64,000 bases of DNA from Promethearchaeati archaeon SRVP18_Atabeyarchaeia-1 (lineage in GTDB: Archaea > Asgardarchaeota > Atabeyarchaeia > Atabeyarchaeales > Atabeyarchaeaceae): NCBI GenBank assembly GCA_037308085.1, contig CP147779.1, forward strand, positions 192,001 to 256,000, in the 5' to 3' direction. The position numbers were made by a program, and so were the translations under genes. The notes beneath the pieces are model-generated. The model made no database searches. It saw only the letters and a list, made by a program, of their open reading frames with translations, and was not told the DNA's origin. Below, piece by piece: positions 1 through 9,313 of the stretch. Position 1 is the stretch's first letter, and every line of letters begins with the position of its first letter.

Positions 1-841
1 GACCTGCTATGTAGAGAGCCGCTGCTGCCATGCCAGTAGGGTCCTTGCCCGCGGTCAGCCCCATCGCTTGAGCCTGGTCTATTATCTCGATTGCTCGTCG
101 CTGAGCATTCACGGACATGCGAAGGTCTTCACCAAATCTGGAGATGAAGTCCTGTGGTTTAGGTCTCGGAATAGCTATACCTGATGTGTGCAAAATCAGT
201 CTTATGCTTCTGCCCAGTTCCTTGCGTCCAGCATGCGTATGAGTCACTATTTCTTCAAGTGCCCTTGGCACGTGGTGGAGTCTGCATGCTAGGTAGACCG
301 CCGCTGCAGTTACGCCATCAATTGTTCTTCCCCTCACCAGTCGCCTTTCAAGTGCCTTTCTGTAGATGATCGCTGCGGTTTCCTTGATGTCTCTCGGTAT
401 ACCGAGCTGGCTCGTCAATCTATCGAGTTCGCTCATGGCTGTCGCCAAGTTCCGTTGCACGGAGTTGTGAACCATCGATCTGATCTGCCATTTCCGGAGT
501 CTGTATATCTGCGCTCGTCTACTCGGTACCAGCTTGTTTCCGTAGACATCGATGTCTCTTCTGTCTATAACTGTACTGAGACCCTTGTCATGCATGGCAA
601 AGGTTGTTGGCGCGCCTACGCGACTCCGACCTTCCTTCTCTTCAGAGGAAAAAGCTCTCCACTCAGGACCTTGGTCGATGTATCTTTCGGATATAACGAT
701 CCCACAATTTCCGCAAATGATCTCTCCCCTTGTAGGATCTCTGTAGATCACTGTGCTTCCGCATTCAGGGCACGGTTCAGATGGGGTCTGTTCCTTCTCC
801 TCATTTGGCTTTGGCTTGCTCCCGATCACTTCGTCTGCCAT
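1..841 (-). CDS. tfb: Transcription initiation factor IIB (TFB), 3' end runs off the window
   Basis: Not in the ORF track. Read manually from ATG 841 behind an AGGAGGTG RBS: Zn ribbon CPECGS...GEIICGNCG, then IDQGPEWRAF and cyclin-repeat sequence. Confidence 0.95.
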   Translation of the reverse strand, partial: MADEVIGSKPKPNEEKEQTPSEPCPECGSTVIYRDPTRGEIICGNCGIVISERYIDQGPEWRAFSSEEKEGRSRVGAPTTFAMHDKGLSTVIDRRDIDVYGNKLVPSRRAQIYRLRKWQIRSMVHNSVQRNLATAMSELDRLTSQLGIPRDIKETAAIIYRKALERRLVRGRTIDGVTAAAVYLACRLHHVPRALEEIVTHTHAGRKELGRSIRLILHTSGIAIPRPKPQDFISRFGEDLRMSVNAQRRAIEIIDQAQAMGLTAGKDPTGMAAAALYIAG

Positions 842-1131
842 CTCTTTTTCTACACCTCCTGTATCTTTCATAAGGCATTTCCTCACAAAGAAGGGTGAGC
901 GATACCTGTCACTAGTATTCGATGCTGTCCGCTCCTGGCGGATTTTCACCCCAAAAACCCAGTTATTAACGGCCTTCATATCGTCAATTTAAGTAACCAT
1001 TACCGCGGGCAGATAAATATATAAGTGTTACGCTTCATGACTGCTTAAAACTCTTCCGACTCTCGCAGGGAAACAGCTTCTGCAAGACGAAATTATGCTA
1101 TAAGAGACGTGTTCTAACGTTAATTCGTTGT

Positions 1132-1695
1132 CTAGCCCGAACCACGTTGTGACTTGAGTATCTCTGCCAACAGCCACATTAAGGCCGCCTCAATATTCTG
1201 ACCAAGTTTCGCCGAGGTCTCAAAGTACTTCAGTCCAAGCCTTGAGGCGCGGGCTTCTGCTGTGGATCGATCGACGAGTCGCCTGTCGGTCAAGTCAATC
1301 TTGTTACCGATGAGAACTCCAGGGATGCCACTTGTCGCACTGGCGCACTCTCCCACCCAGTCATCCACCCTCGCCAACGTGTGAGGCATAGTGACGTCGA
1401 ACATGAAAACAGCGCCTGCACTACCTTTGTAGTACATAGGTCTGATTATTTTGAATTGGGGCTGCCCGGCCAGATCCCACATTATGAGCGTGACTTGGGT
1501 TCCCCTTACATCAATTCTCTTGGTTGTTATTTCGACTCCAATCGTCGGCAAATACTCGTCACGCAACTCCTTATGGGTGAAATTCCTTACGAGCGTCGTT
1601 TTCCCGACGGCGGGCTCACCCAAAACCACTATCTTGAAATGCGGTCCCTTTGAAATCGGGAACTCAACCTCATATTGCTCGTTCTTTTTGGGCAA
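1132..1695 (-). CDS. Rab-like small GTPase (Ras superfamily, eukaryotic signature protein)
   Basis: G1 GEPAVGKT, G2 YLPTIGVEI, G3 WDLAGQ, G4 NKID, G5 ETSAK; RabF4-like YYKGS; no C-terminal prenylation Cys. Confidence 0.92.
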   Translation of the reverse strand: MPKKNEQYEVEFPISKGPHFKIVVLGEPAVGKTTLVRNFTHKELRDEYLPTIGVEITTKRIDVRGTQVTLIMWDLAGQPQFKIIRPMYYKGSAGAVFMFDVTMPHTLARVDDWVGECASATSGIPGVLIGNKIDLTDRRLVDRSTAEARASRLGLKYFETSAKLGQNIEAALMWLLAEILKSQRGSG

Positions 1696-1767
1696 ATCTT
1701 CACTTTCCCCCTACACTGACGTTCAGACGCTGATCGGTGGATCAGTCCAGGCATGCTGGTTCCAACT

Positions 1768-2508
1768 TCAGAATGACTCAGGCCCTAGATCTATTTTCTC
1801 GTCGCCTTCTTCTTCGGCTTCTGGTTTCTTGGTCTCTGCGGATTCCTCTTTTACTTGATCAGCTGGCTCAGCAACCTCTGGAGTCTCTGCGACCTCGGGC
1901 TCAGCAACCTCTGCAGTCTCCGCGACCTCGGGCTCAGCAGGAACTGGCTTCAGCTTCATTATCCCCAGATCCATGAGAGTCTTCATGACGTTGTTGACTG
2001 CTCTATAGACATCTTCCTCTTTCTTTGCGCCTGTGCAAACAAGTTTGCCTGAACCGAAAAGAAGGATAACAACCTTTGGATCCTTCATCCTGTAGATCAG
2101 CCCTGGGAACTGTTCCGGCTCGTACATGACGTTTTCTAGGCTGTACGCGGCAAGCTCAAGGTTCAACTCCGCTCCCAAGGAAGCCGACGCAACTATGTTC
2201 TGGACGGTTATGACGGGTTCACCGGTAATTTGAATGCTAGCCTCACGCAGATGTTCGACTATTCTGTGGACTGCCCTCGAAGCTTCCGCCTCACTCTTGG
2301 CCCCGGTGCAGACCATTTTGCCGGAGTTGAAAATTAGGGTAGCAGTTTTCGGCTTCTTTAGGCGGTAGACGAGTCCCGGAAATTGTTCTGGATCATACTC
2401 GACATTGAGAAGCGAGCGGGCGACCTTGTCAAGATCAATCCTCTGATTGACCGTCACGGAGGCCACAACATTTTCTATCCTTATTTTTGGTTTCGGGAGT
2501 GTTGACAA
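1768..2508 (-). CDS. tbp: TATA-box binding protein with acidic repetitive C-terminal tail
   Basis: Two TBP repeats (IENVVAS...YDPEQFPGLVYR...SGKMVCTGAKS; VQNIVAS...YEPEQFPGLIYR). Likely start is TTG 2508; the ORF track starts at 2568. Confidence 0.97.
   Translation of the reverse strand: MSTLPKPKIRIENVVASVTVNQRIDLDKVARSLLNVEYDPEQFPGLVYRLKKPKTATLIFNSGKMVCTGAKSEAEASRAVHRIVEHLREASIQITGEPVITVQNIVASASLGAELNLELAAYSLENVMYEPEQFPGLIYRMKDPKVVILLFGSGKLVCTGAKKEEDVYRAVNNVMKTLMDLGIMKLKPVPAEPEVAETAEVAEPEVAETPEVAEPADQVKEESAETKKPEAEEEGDEKIDLGPESF
1865..1939. repeat. 33-bp tandem repeat (about 2.3 copies) encoding AEPEVAET(A/P)EV in the TBP tail
   Basis: GGCTCAGCA recurs at 1865, 1898 and 1931 with near-identical intervening sequence. 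Confidence 0.9.
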
Positions 2509-2716
2509 CGAATAACATCCTCCTTTTGGGGAAACACAGGTTCCTGAGTTAAGAGCTAAAATCATCATTGGTTAGCAGGGCTATCCAATCAACCTTCTTT
2601 TTTCCTTATAAAGCTTGTATACTATATAAGCTGCTCCTTTTAAAACAAACGATTCGCCTCGGATGTGCGCGATTAATAGCGCAGATGCAGCCGATCCCGA
2701 AAACGGTCATAAGAAC

Positions 2717-2944
2717 CTAGAATGGTCTTTCCAGCCTCATCAGCTCATCTTTCCGCGTTTTTCTCAGATGCTTTTTCAGGATCTTGTAGTGCTTTTCGCA
2801 TATGTACACGCGGTTGCTCGTCCCTTTCACCTGTAGGCCAGCTTGGCTTAGCGGCTTCCCGATACTATCTTTAGAAAGAGATCTAACTGCTGTTTCAGTG
2901 CAACCCGCAACGTTGCACGGAACGCCCTTCTTGATCTTGCCCAT
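2717..2944 (-). CDS. Small conserved Zn-binding basic protein
   Basis: MGKIKKGVPCNVAGC...YICEKHY gives a CxxxxC...CxxH pattern; resembles small conserved TACK hypothetical proteins. Confidence 0.7.
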   Translation of the reverse strand: MGKIKKGVPCNVAGCTETAVRSLSKDSIGKPLSQAGLQVKGTSNRVYICEKHYKILKKHLRKTRKDELMRLERPF

Positions 2945-3073
2945 TATGAAACACCAGACTGTCACACGTATCGAGATTTGGGGATGTGGAGGAAAAGATG
3001 GTCTGACTTATGCTGTTCTGGCTCTTTAAATTATCTTAGAACTATGGCTCCGTGCTGCTGAGATTGGCATGCG

Positions 3074-4069
3074 CTAGGGTTTTCCTGAGAGTCTATCTTT
3101 TCGGAAGTCGAAGACCTCTGCGGAGACTTTGCCGTCCGTGATAAGAAGCCGCCCAGAGTCATTCACTTTGCCAACCGCTCTTGCTTCAACTCCATGCCTG
3201 TGAAATACCGAGAGGCAACTATCCTTATTCTCAGCTCTCACCGTCAGCACGACGCCGAACCCGGGATATGCTTTCAGCCATCTGTCTGAATCGATCCCTT
3301 GCGGCATAGGTATTTCCCCTAGGTTGATCACGCCTCCTGCTTTGCTTGAATGCAGGAGCATGCCAAGGGTACCAACAACACCTGGATTGCTGATGTCCTT
3401 CGCAGACGTTGAAACTCCACTACTCGCGATCTCGCGGATGGCGCTGAGGCAATTTGCGACCTCCGTCTTAGACTTGTGACTGGTTGTGTCCCAAGCATAT
3501 TTGAACATGTTATGAAAATGACCGTCAAGGTCAATGGCTACAACAATAAGATCGCCTGGAGACGCAGCATCGCTTCTAAGCAGTGAATTCTTCTGTACAA
3601 TGCCCAGGATGGCGACGCTCAGGGCATCGAATGGCGCGTCGGGATTGAGGTGCCCACCTACTATTGGAACATTGAATTTCATGCAACCGCTTACTATACC
3701 TTCCACGATCTTATCTCGAACGGCAGGCGAAGCGCTAGCTATCGTGTCAACTATAGCGATTGGCTCTCCACCTTTAGCCGACACATCGTTGACGGCGGCC
3801 AGAATTGAGCAATAGCCTGCAAACTTGGGATCGGCTTTGACGAGATCGTGCCACATTTCCTCTGCTTTGAAGAGAATTAGCCTTCCTTCGTCTCCGATAT
3901 CAATCACCGCACAGTCTTCGCCAAATGACTCGATTATTCTGGCACCTGGAGGGGTTATAGAGAGTGCGGTCTCCCTCATTTTTCTGGTAATTTCAATAAT
4001 AGGCAGCTTCCTGGTTGCGCCAGCGAAGGCTCTAAGCGAAGCAGCAGTCGATTTCAGATCAACGCTCAC
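3074..4069 (-). CDS. PurM/AIR synthase-SelD superfamily protein (methanogenesis marker 2 / sll0787-like)
   Basis: FGEDCAVI, VNDVSAKGG, IVGGHLNPD and AKDISNPGVVGTLGMLL motifs. Confidence 0.8.
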   Translation of the reverse strand: MSVDLKSTAASLRAFAGATRKLPIIEITRKMRETALSITPPGARIIESFGEDCAVIDIGDEGRLILFKAEEMWHDLVKADPKFAGYCSILAAVNDVSAKGGEPIAIVDTIASASPAVRDKIVEGIVSGCMKFNVPIVGGHLNPDAPFDALSVAILGIVQKNSLLRSDAASPGDLIVVAIDLDGHFHNMFKYAWDTTSHKSKTEVANCLSAIREIASSGVSTSAKDISNPGVVGTLGMLLHSSKAGGVINLGEIPMPQGIDSDRWLKAYPGFGVVLTVRAENKDSCLSVFHRHGVEARAVGKVNDSGRLLITDGKVSAEVFDFRKDRLSGKP

Positions 4070-4285
4070 TATGATGGTTAGCCCCCAGGGGTCATTCAGC
4101 AGGTGACCGCGGAATTAAGTCCGTAATTCAAGCGCTTTCTTGAGCAAGTCCGATCATCTACTACAAAAAGTGAAATGGGTTTAAATAACTCGCTGCTAAG
4201 TCGCAAAAGCGATGAGAATATAGCTACGTGGAACACTTTAAGAAGTTTGTCGGTCTACTATCGAAAGCATTGCGATGGCCTCAGA

Positions 4286-4463
4286 GGCGCCCGATAGCGG
4301 GGGTGGAGGAATGCTGGTTTAACCAGGAATCAGCGCGCTACCCAATCCCACGCACCGGACTTCAAATCCGGTACACCAGAAAAACCTGTTTTGCGGGTTC
4401 TGATTGGTGTGGAGTTCGATGCTCCTCTAAGTGTAGGAGTGAAAATCTCCTCGGGCGCCGCCA
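4286..4463 (+). tRNA. selC: tRNA-Sec(UCA) with three BHB introns (4307-4345, 4383-4404, 4421-4445); mature length 92 nt
   Basis: 9-bp acceptor GGCGCCCGA/TCGGGCGCC plus G discriminator and encoded CCA; anticodon arm ACCGGA-CTTCAAA-TCCGGT; 4-bp T stem; each insert has BHB geometry; adjacent to SepSecS and SelB. Confidence 0.93.
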
Positions 4464-4467
4464 GATT

Positions 4468-5166
4468 TCAGCCTTGCACAACCGGTTCCGGAGGCGCAGG
4501 AGAAGCTTCGTCTATTGTTCTAGACAACCTTCGTTTCCAATCCAAGACCTTCATGCTTACTGACCGTGACTGGTCGGGATCCAATGGCGTTTCCTGTGAG
4601 TGGTCATACAAGCTCGCCATTACGTCGCCGGTCTCGATGTGTATCGGGTCGAATCCTTCTAGTGTCTTGATTAGGGTCTCCCTCACGATTCCGATGAACG
4701 GGTATATGTCGCCAACGGGGGCCTTCACCAGCAACTTACCCAAAGCTGCATCTAGCTTCATTTCCACTTCTATCGTCTTGATGACTTTCGTTCTATTCTT
4801 CTCATCGAATTTCCCGATTCGCCCCACAAGCTCCTTGTACCTTTTCTCATAGTTCGTGAGAGCATCTGAAGATTCTTCGGGGCTGTCTGAGCATACAGTT
4901 ATCTCCAGTTTTCCATCTGGTGCCAGAAGGAGTTTCACCGCCAGCTGGTGTCCAGAGGAAGACTTTGTGGACAACACTGCCTCTGCTGAGAAGGAAGATG
5001 ACTCGCCACCCATTGTCCCGATATTCTTGTAGCATCTTGCCTTTATCGTAGCGACAGAATGATAAACTAATGCAAAGGAAGATTGAGCATCGAGACCGTT
5101 GACTGGAAGACTCGCTTGCCTGCAATCAAGACCCTCAGCTATCTTGCTCCAGTCGGATGATTCCAT
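4468..5166 (-). CDS. Hypothetical protein (last gene of the selB-SepSecS run)
   Basis: 232-aa ORF co-oriented 46 bp downstream of SepSecS; no recognised motif. Confidence 0.7.
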   Translation of the reverse strand: MESSDWSKIAEGLDCRQASLPVNGLDAQSSFALVYHSVATIKARCYKNIGTMGGESSSFSAEAVLSTKSSSGHQLAVKLLLAPDGKLEITVCSDSPEESSDALTNYEKRYKELVGRIGKFDEKNRTKVIKTIEVEMKLDAALGKLLVKAPVGDIYPFIGIVRETLIKTLEGFDPIHIETGDVMASLYDHSQETPLDPDQSRSVSMKVLDWKRRLSRTIDEASPAPPEPVVQG

Positions 5167-5212
5167 CGCAATCGCCTACTCAACATGATTTCTCAGAGGA
5201 CCACTATATGAC

Positions 5213-6586
5213 TCATCGTTGCGGACGTGTATGATCCGGCTCTCGTTTCCCTGTCCTTTTTGCTATAGTTTGCTTCATCCCTTCCTTTAATTTTTCTACC
5301 GCATTGAATATGTCTGTCTCTGTCGACCCTATCGCAGCGTTCACTACGACATAGGAGTATGGATAATTGTCACAACAAGACCCTCGACTGCCTCGCGGAA
5401 TAACCCTTGGTCCACTGACTCTCAGGGAATACAGTATTCCTCCGAGAAGGGATGGATCGGCATTGGAGACTGTCATGGCGCACGCTATTGGGCTTTTGAC
5501 TTTCAGCATTCTCTCTCCACACGATTCCGCTGCTTCACCAAGCAGTGTTTCAAGAAGCTTTCTGTTTGACTCTTGGGCATCGCGAAGCCTCTCGTATCCG
5601 TCAATCCCGACAGATAGAATAGATGCTAGGAACTGATAGATCGGAGATGCGGATGCTCGACCTACATAGCTTGACGCTACTTTCTCGGCGAAGTCTTCAT
5701 CGGGAGAAGCGATTATTGCCCCGCCCACTGGTGTCAAGAAGTTCTTGTCGGTGCTTTGTACTACAGCATCTACTCTCCCAGCGTCTATTGCCAATCGGAT
5801 CTCTCGCATGGTTTCTCTGCTCTGCGCCCCATAAGCATTGTTTATGATGTGGGGAATATTCTGCTCCGAAGCAATCCGGGCAATATCGGCTATTGAATCA
5901 GTCTCCCTTGGAGGGAAAAAAGTCGTTGTCGAGAGTATGGCGGAGCAACGCTTGTCAATAGCTTCGGCTATATCGGTGACCGGCACGCGCACCGCGTCGT
6001 CATAGGTCTTCCCTTCAATAACTCTTGCCTTGAGATTGACCAAGTTCATGGCCTTCAAAGGGGAATCATGATCCACCCTTGCGAAAACTACTGTGTCACG
6101 TTCGCCACGAATTGAATCTCTAGTTGCTGCTAGGGCAAGTGCGATCGACATTCCTGTGGCTACGGGAGAAACGATCGCAGACTTCAGGTTGAACGCACCG
6201 AGTTTCTGCATGGCATCTAGCGCACATTTGTTGGCCAATCCATAAAGGACCGATGCCCCGGGGGCCTTTGGCTGGGGTGAAAGGAGTGACCCGCTTCTCC
6301 CAACTCCATGACAGAACCCCCATGCCAACTCAGAGACCAGGGGAGAAGCTACTCTTGCCTCACGCTCCCCAATTCTTATGCCATCGATATCCTTGTCAGT
6401 ATCCATCATTGAGAGAAGTCTCATCAAGAGACCGATTACGTGATCCGGCCATCCCGATTGCGGGATCCGCCTCTGCTTGAATAGGTTCCTTATCAGATTC
6501 AATTGAGAACTAAAGGCTACTTCGGAACGCCTCAACATCGCTTTGGGTAAGAAACCCTCAAGGTATTCCTCAAGCTTGTCACTCAA
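5213..6586 (-). CDS. spcS: O-phosphoseryl-tRNA(Sec) selenium transferase (SepSecS)
   Basis: MDTDKD...GEREAR, HGVGRSG, QPKAPG, PHIINNAYG and the PLP lysine in QSTDKNF. Confidence 0.95.
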   Translation of the reverse strand: MSDKLEEYLEGFLPKAMLRRSEVAFSSQLNLIRNLFKQRRIPQSGWPDHVIGLLMRLLSMMDTDKDIDGIRIGEREARVASPLVSELAWGFCHGVGRSGSLLSPQPKAPGASVLYGLANKCALDAMQKLGAFNLKSAIVSPVATGMSIALALAATRDSIRGERDTVVFARVDHDSPLKAMNLVNLKARVIEGKTYDDAVRVPVTDIAEAIDKRCSAILSTTTFFPPRETDSIADIARIASEQNIPHIINNAYGAQSRETMREIRLAIDAGRVDAVVQSTDKNFLTPVGGAIIASPDEDFAEKVASSYVGRASASPIYQFLASILSVGIDGYERLRDAQESNRKLLETLLGEAAESCGERMLKVKSPIACAMTVSNADPSLLGGILYSLRVSGPRVIPRGSRGSCCDNYPYSYVVVNAAIGSTETDIFNAVEKLKEGMKQTIAKRTGKREPDHTRPQR

Positions 6587-6674
6587 AGTGGTTACCCCGG
6601 GCTAGTCCGAAGATGACAGAGGCTGTCATCTGGATCGATTCTGGCTTGACGTTTGATCCAGATCACAGACGCTT

Positions 6675-8060
6675 TCAAGGTATATTAAAATCCCGATACC
6701 TCCTAAGGAAGACCTTCTCGCCCAGTTGTGGAAGTCTTTCGAACTCGGCGACAACAAGACCTTTGCCCCCAAAAGCAGAAGATACAGTGCCATTGTCGCC
6801 GTTCTCTTTCGAGATGGTTTTACCAATGATCTTTTCCGCGCCTATCTTGCTCTTCGCCAACCCGCTGACGATCACGTTGGCCCTCGGGGTTATTCTGGTG
6901 ACCGCCCCCGACTTCTTCTCAAGCACTTTCAGTGGCGGGGGGTTGGTCAGAGTCTCTAGCACTGTGCCACCAGCGGCTATTCTAAGATTCGTGGGAGGAA
7001 GACTGAGTAATAGTAGAAGCATTTTGTCCCCTTTCTCCACTACGACGGACTTGGACAACCTGATATATGATGTGAAATCTCTCTCTTTAGGTGCTGATGC
7101 AACGACGAATTCCTGTTGTTCATTTGTCAGATAGGGAAAAACTTGGGATTGAATCGACGACATGCCTACCGCGGCATGCATTGACAGTCCTGGAGCAATC
7201 TCATGTTTGAAGAACTTGCTCACACACCCACCAAAAAGGAGGTGAAAGGTCGTCCTCAGTGATTTCGGTGAGGAGGCGTAGCATCCCCTGTAGATAGAAC
7301 GATGATCGACGCCTTGTAAGGCAATGCCTACGCGGTCTCCGGCCTCAGCCTTTTCCCTCGGCTCACTGAATGTCTGAATGGATTTGACACGACAGATTGC
7401 ACCTATGGGTGATATCTCCACATCGTCTCCGACTTTCACTTTTCCTCGCATAATCGTTCCTGTCACGACTGTGCCGGCGCCCTTTATTGGAAAAGAATGG
7501 TCTATCACCATCTTGAACTTTCCATCGACATCCCGTTCTGGAGGAGAAAGCAGTGAAAGAAGAGTTTTCTTTAGCTCGGGCAATCCCAATCCGGTAATGG
7601 ATGAGACCGCCACTACTGGTGCATCCGCGTAGCTTGAATCCGAGATGACCTTTCGAACTGATTCCTTGCTTTCGCTCAACTTGCTTTCTTCAACCAAATC
7701 GGCGTACGTGAGTGCAACTAATAGCTTACGTATCTTTAGGCTCTCAAGTAGCACTAGGTGCTCTCCAGTTTGGATTTGCGGTCCTTGCTTTGCAGAGACA
7801 ACCAAGATAGCTAGGTCAATTATGTTGGCACCGCTAACCGCCGTTCTTACCAGATCTGCATGTCCAGGAACATCAACAAGGGTCACTAGGTAGTCCCCTA
7901 GTGTGAACGCAGTGAAGCCGATATCAATAGTCATCTGCCTTCTTTTGGCTTCTGGGTGCCCGTCTAGCCCCGCAGTTGAAACCTTCTCGCTCAACGCGCG
8001 AGCGAGCTCAGTCTTCCCGTGATCCACATGACCGAACAGACCGACATGAACTGGGATCAT
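6675..8060 (-). CDS. selB: Selenocysteine-specific elongation factor (archaeal/eukaryotic-type SelB)
   Basis: GHVDHGKT, MTIDIGF, DVPGHADL, IDHSFPIKGAGTVVTGT, and a domain IV with FGGKG; located beside SepSecS. Confidence 0.93.
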   Translation of the reverse strand: MIPVHVGLFGHVDHGKTELARALSEKVSTAGLDGHPEAKRRQMTIDIGFTAFTLGDYLVTLVDVPGHADLVRTAVSGANIIDLAILVVSAKQGPQIQTGEHLVLLESLKIRKLLVALTYADLVEESKLSESKESVRKVISDSSYADAPVVAVSSITGLGLPELKKTLLSLLSPPERDVDGKFKMVIDHSFPIKGAGTVVTGTIMRGKVKVGDDVEISPIGAICRVKSIQTFSEPREKAEAGDRVGIALQGVDHRSIYRGCYASSPKSLRTTFHLLFGGCVSKFFKHEIAPGLSMHAAVGMSSIQSQVFPYLTNEQQEFVVASAPKERDFTSYIRLSKSVVVEKGDKMLLLLLSLPPTNLRIAAGGTVLETLTNPPPLKVLEKKSGAVTRITPRANVIVSGLAKSKIGAEKIIGKTISKENGDNGTVSSAFGGKGLVVAEFERLPQLGEKVFLRRYRDFNIP

Positions 8061-8105
8061 TCTTCTCCAATTCGCTCCCTTAGTCAGTAGCTGCTCTCCG
8101 CGGTC

Positions 8106-9220
8106 TCAAGAGACATCAAGGGAAGAAGCAGGTCTTAACACTTGCTCATAGTAGTTCGACGCCCTCGTAAGGGTGATCTGGTAGTATTCCCCCTTGGAAT
8201 CCGTGACCTTCTCCAAGTTGCCTTCAACGACAACTTCTTCCCCAGCTTCTGCCTGCCCCCTGAATTCCTCAACAAAGGAAGTAATCTGCCTGATCGGGCC
8301 AACATTCATTCCCTTCAGAACCTTCTTCAATTCTATCTTATAGAGCGAAGGCATGAAGAAGGAGTCAGTGTCATCGAGTACTTCGGCGACCGCTCTGATC
8401 CGCCCTAGAGTCTCGATTCTGGAGCTTGGGTCATATCTTTCTTCGATCTCGTTCCAGTCTCGCACTGGCTCAAACTCGATCTTGAAGTCACGACCAAGCC
8501 GCTCTGGTTTGTAGATCGCGTATACCATTTTTCTGCGGCAGTATTGACAGAAGTCCCTTAAGGGTATGTCCTTGAAGTACCAGTGCCTGCCGTTGGCCCA
8601 CTTCCTCCACTCATCGAACTCGTTGCTCATTTTCAGTCCAGGCTGACTGTAAATTTCTCGCAGAGTCTCTCTCAAAACCTGCGTGCTTCGCCGACCGTAA
8701 ACCACGAAATCGAGATCGCTAAACTCTGGATGGTGAAAGCCATGAAGTACCGAACCGAACACCCCAAAATCACTCGGGCGCAACTTCGAGTGACTGGTTA
8801 CAGTATCCAAGACCTCTCGCAGAGCAACTAGCAGCTTGTCTTGATCTAATCGATTGCCCTCCAGCAAAGAATGGAGTTTAGCTTCAGGTCGCCTTAGTTC
8901 CGCAATCTGCGCTAAGGTTAGTCCGACCAGTTTTCTCTGAAGCGGCGCGAAGAATAGTTGGTACTGTGGGTATCTCTCTGCCACAAACCTTAGTCCACCG
9001 TCGACGTAGAACTTGTAATACCGGCCAGATGGGGACTGACGAACCGCGCGAGGGTCATCTGTAGAGTAGATCTCCTCCGGCGCATATTCCACGTCACACA
9101 CGCAACTCTTAGGAGGATGAGAGTATCCGTACACTCTCAGAATAAGTCCCTCTCTTGTAACTGGGGAGTCTCTATCCCTTGCTTCAAAGTTCTTTTGTCC
9201 AGTTCGACACCTTGTATCAT
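8106..9220 (-). CDS. Predicted nucleotidyltransferase (COG1665-like); 5' end frameshifted or non-standard start
   Basis: GVFGSVLHGFHHPEFSDLDFVVYG NTase motif. The frame stays open upstream of GTG 9134 (ARDRDSPVTREGLILRVYGYSHP), but ATG 9220 is out of frame. Confidence 0.75.
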
Positions 9221-9313
9221 TACCTGCTATCGTATCTCGCCTTCCAAGTCAAATGACCTAGCCTTCTTAAGAACTTTGGGCTAAAAAGAGAACCGTATGA
9301 AATGCGGTTCGCT

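Noticed and set aside
3074-4069. Calling this gene selD
   Set aside because: It lacks the N-terminal Cys/Sec-x-x-Lys motif of selenophosphate synthetase and matches the marker-2/AIR-synthase-like family.
4228-4852. Plus-strand ORFs 4228-4563 and 4391-4852
   Set aside because: They overlap the tRNA-Sec gene and are antisense to 4468-5166; shadow ORFs.
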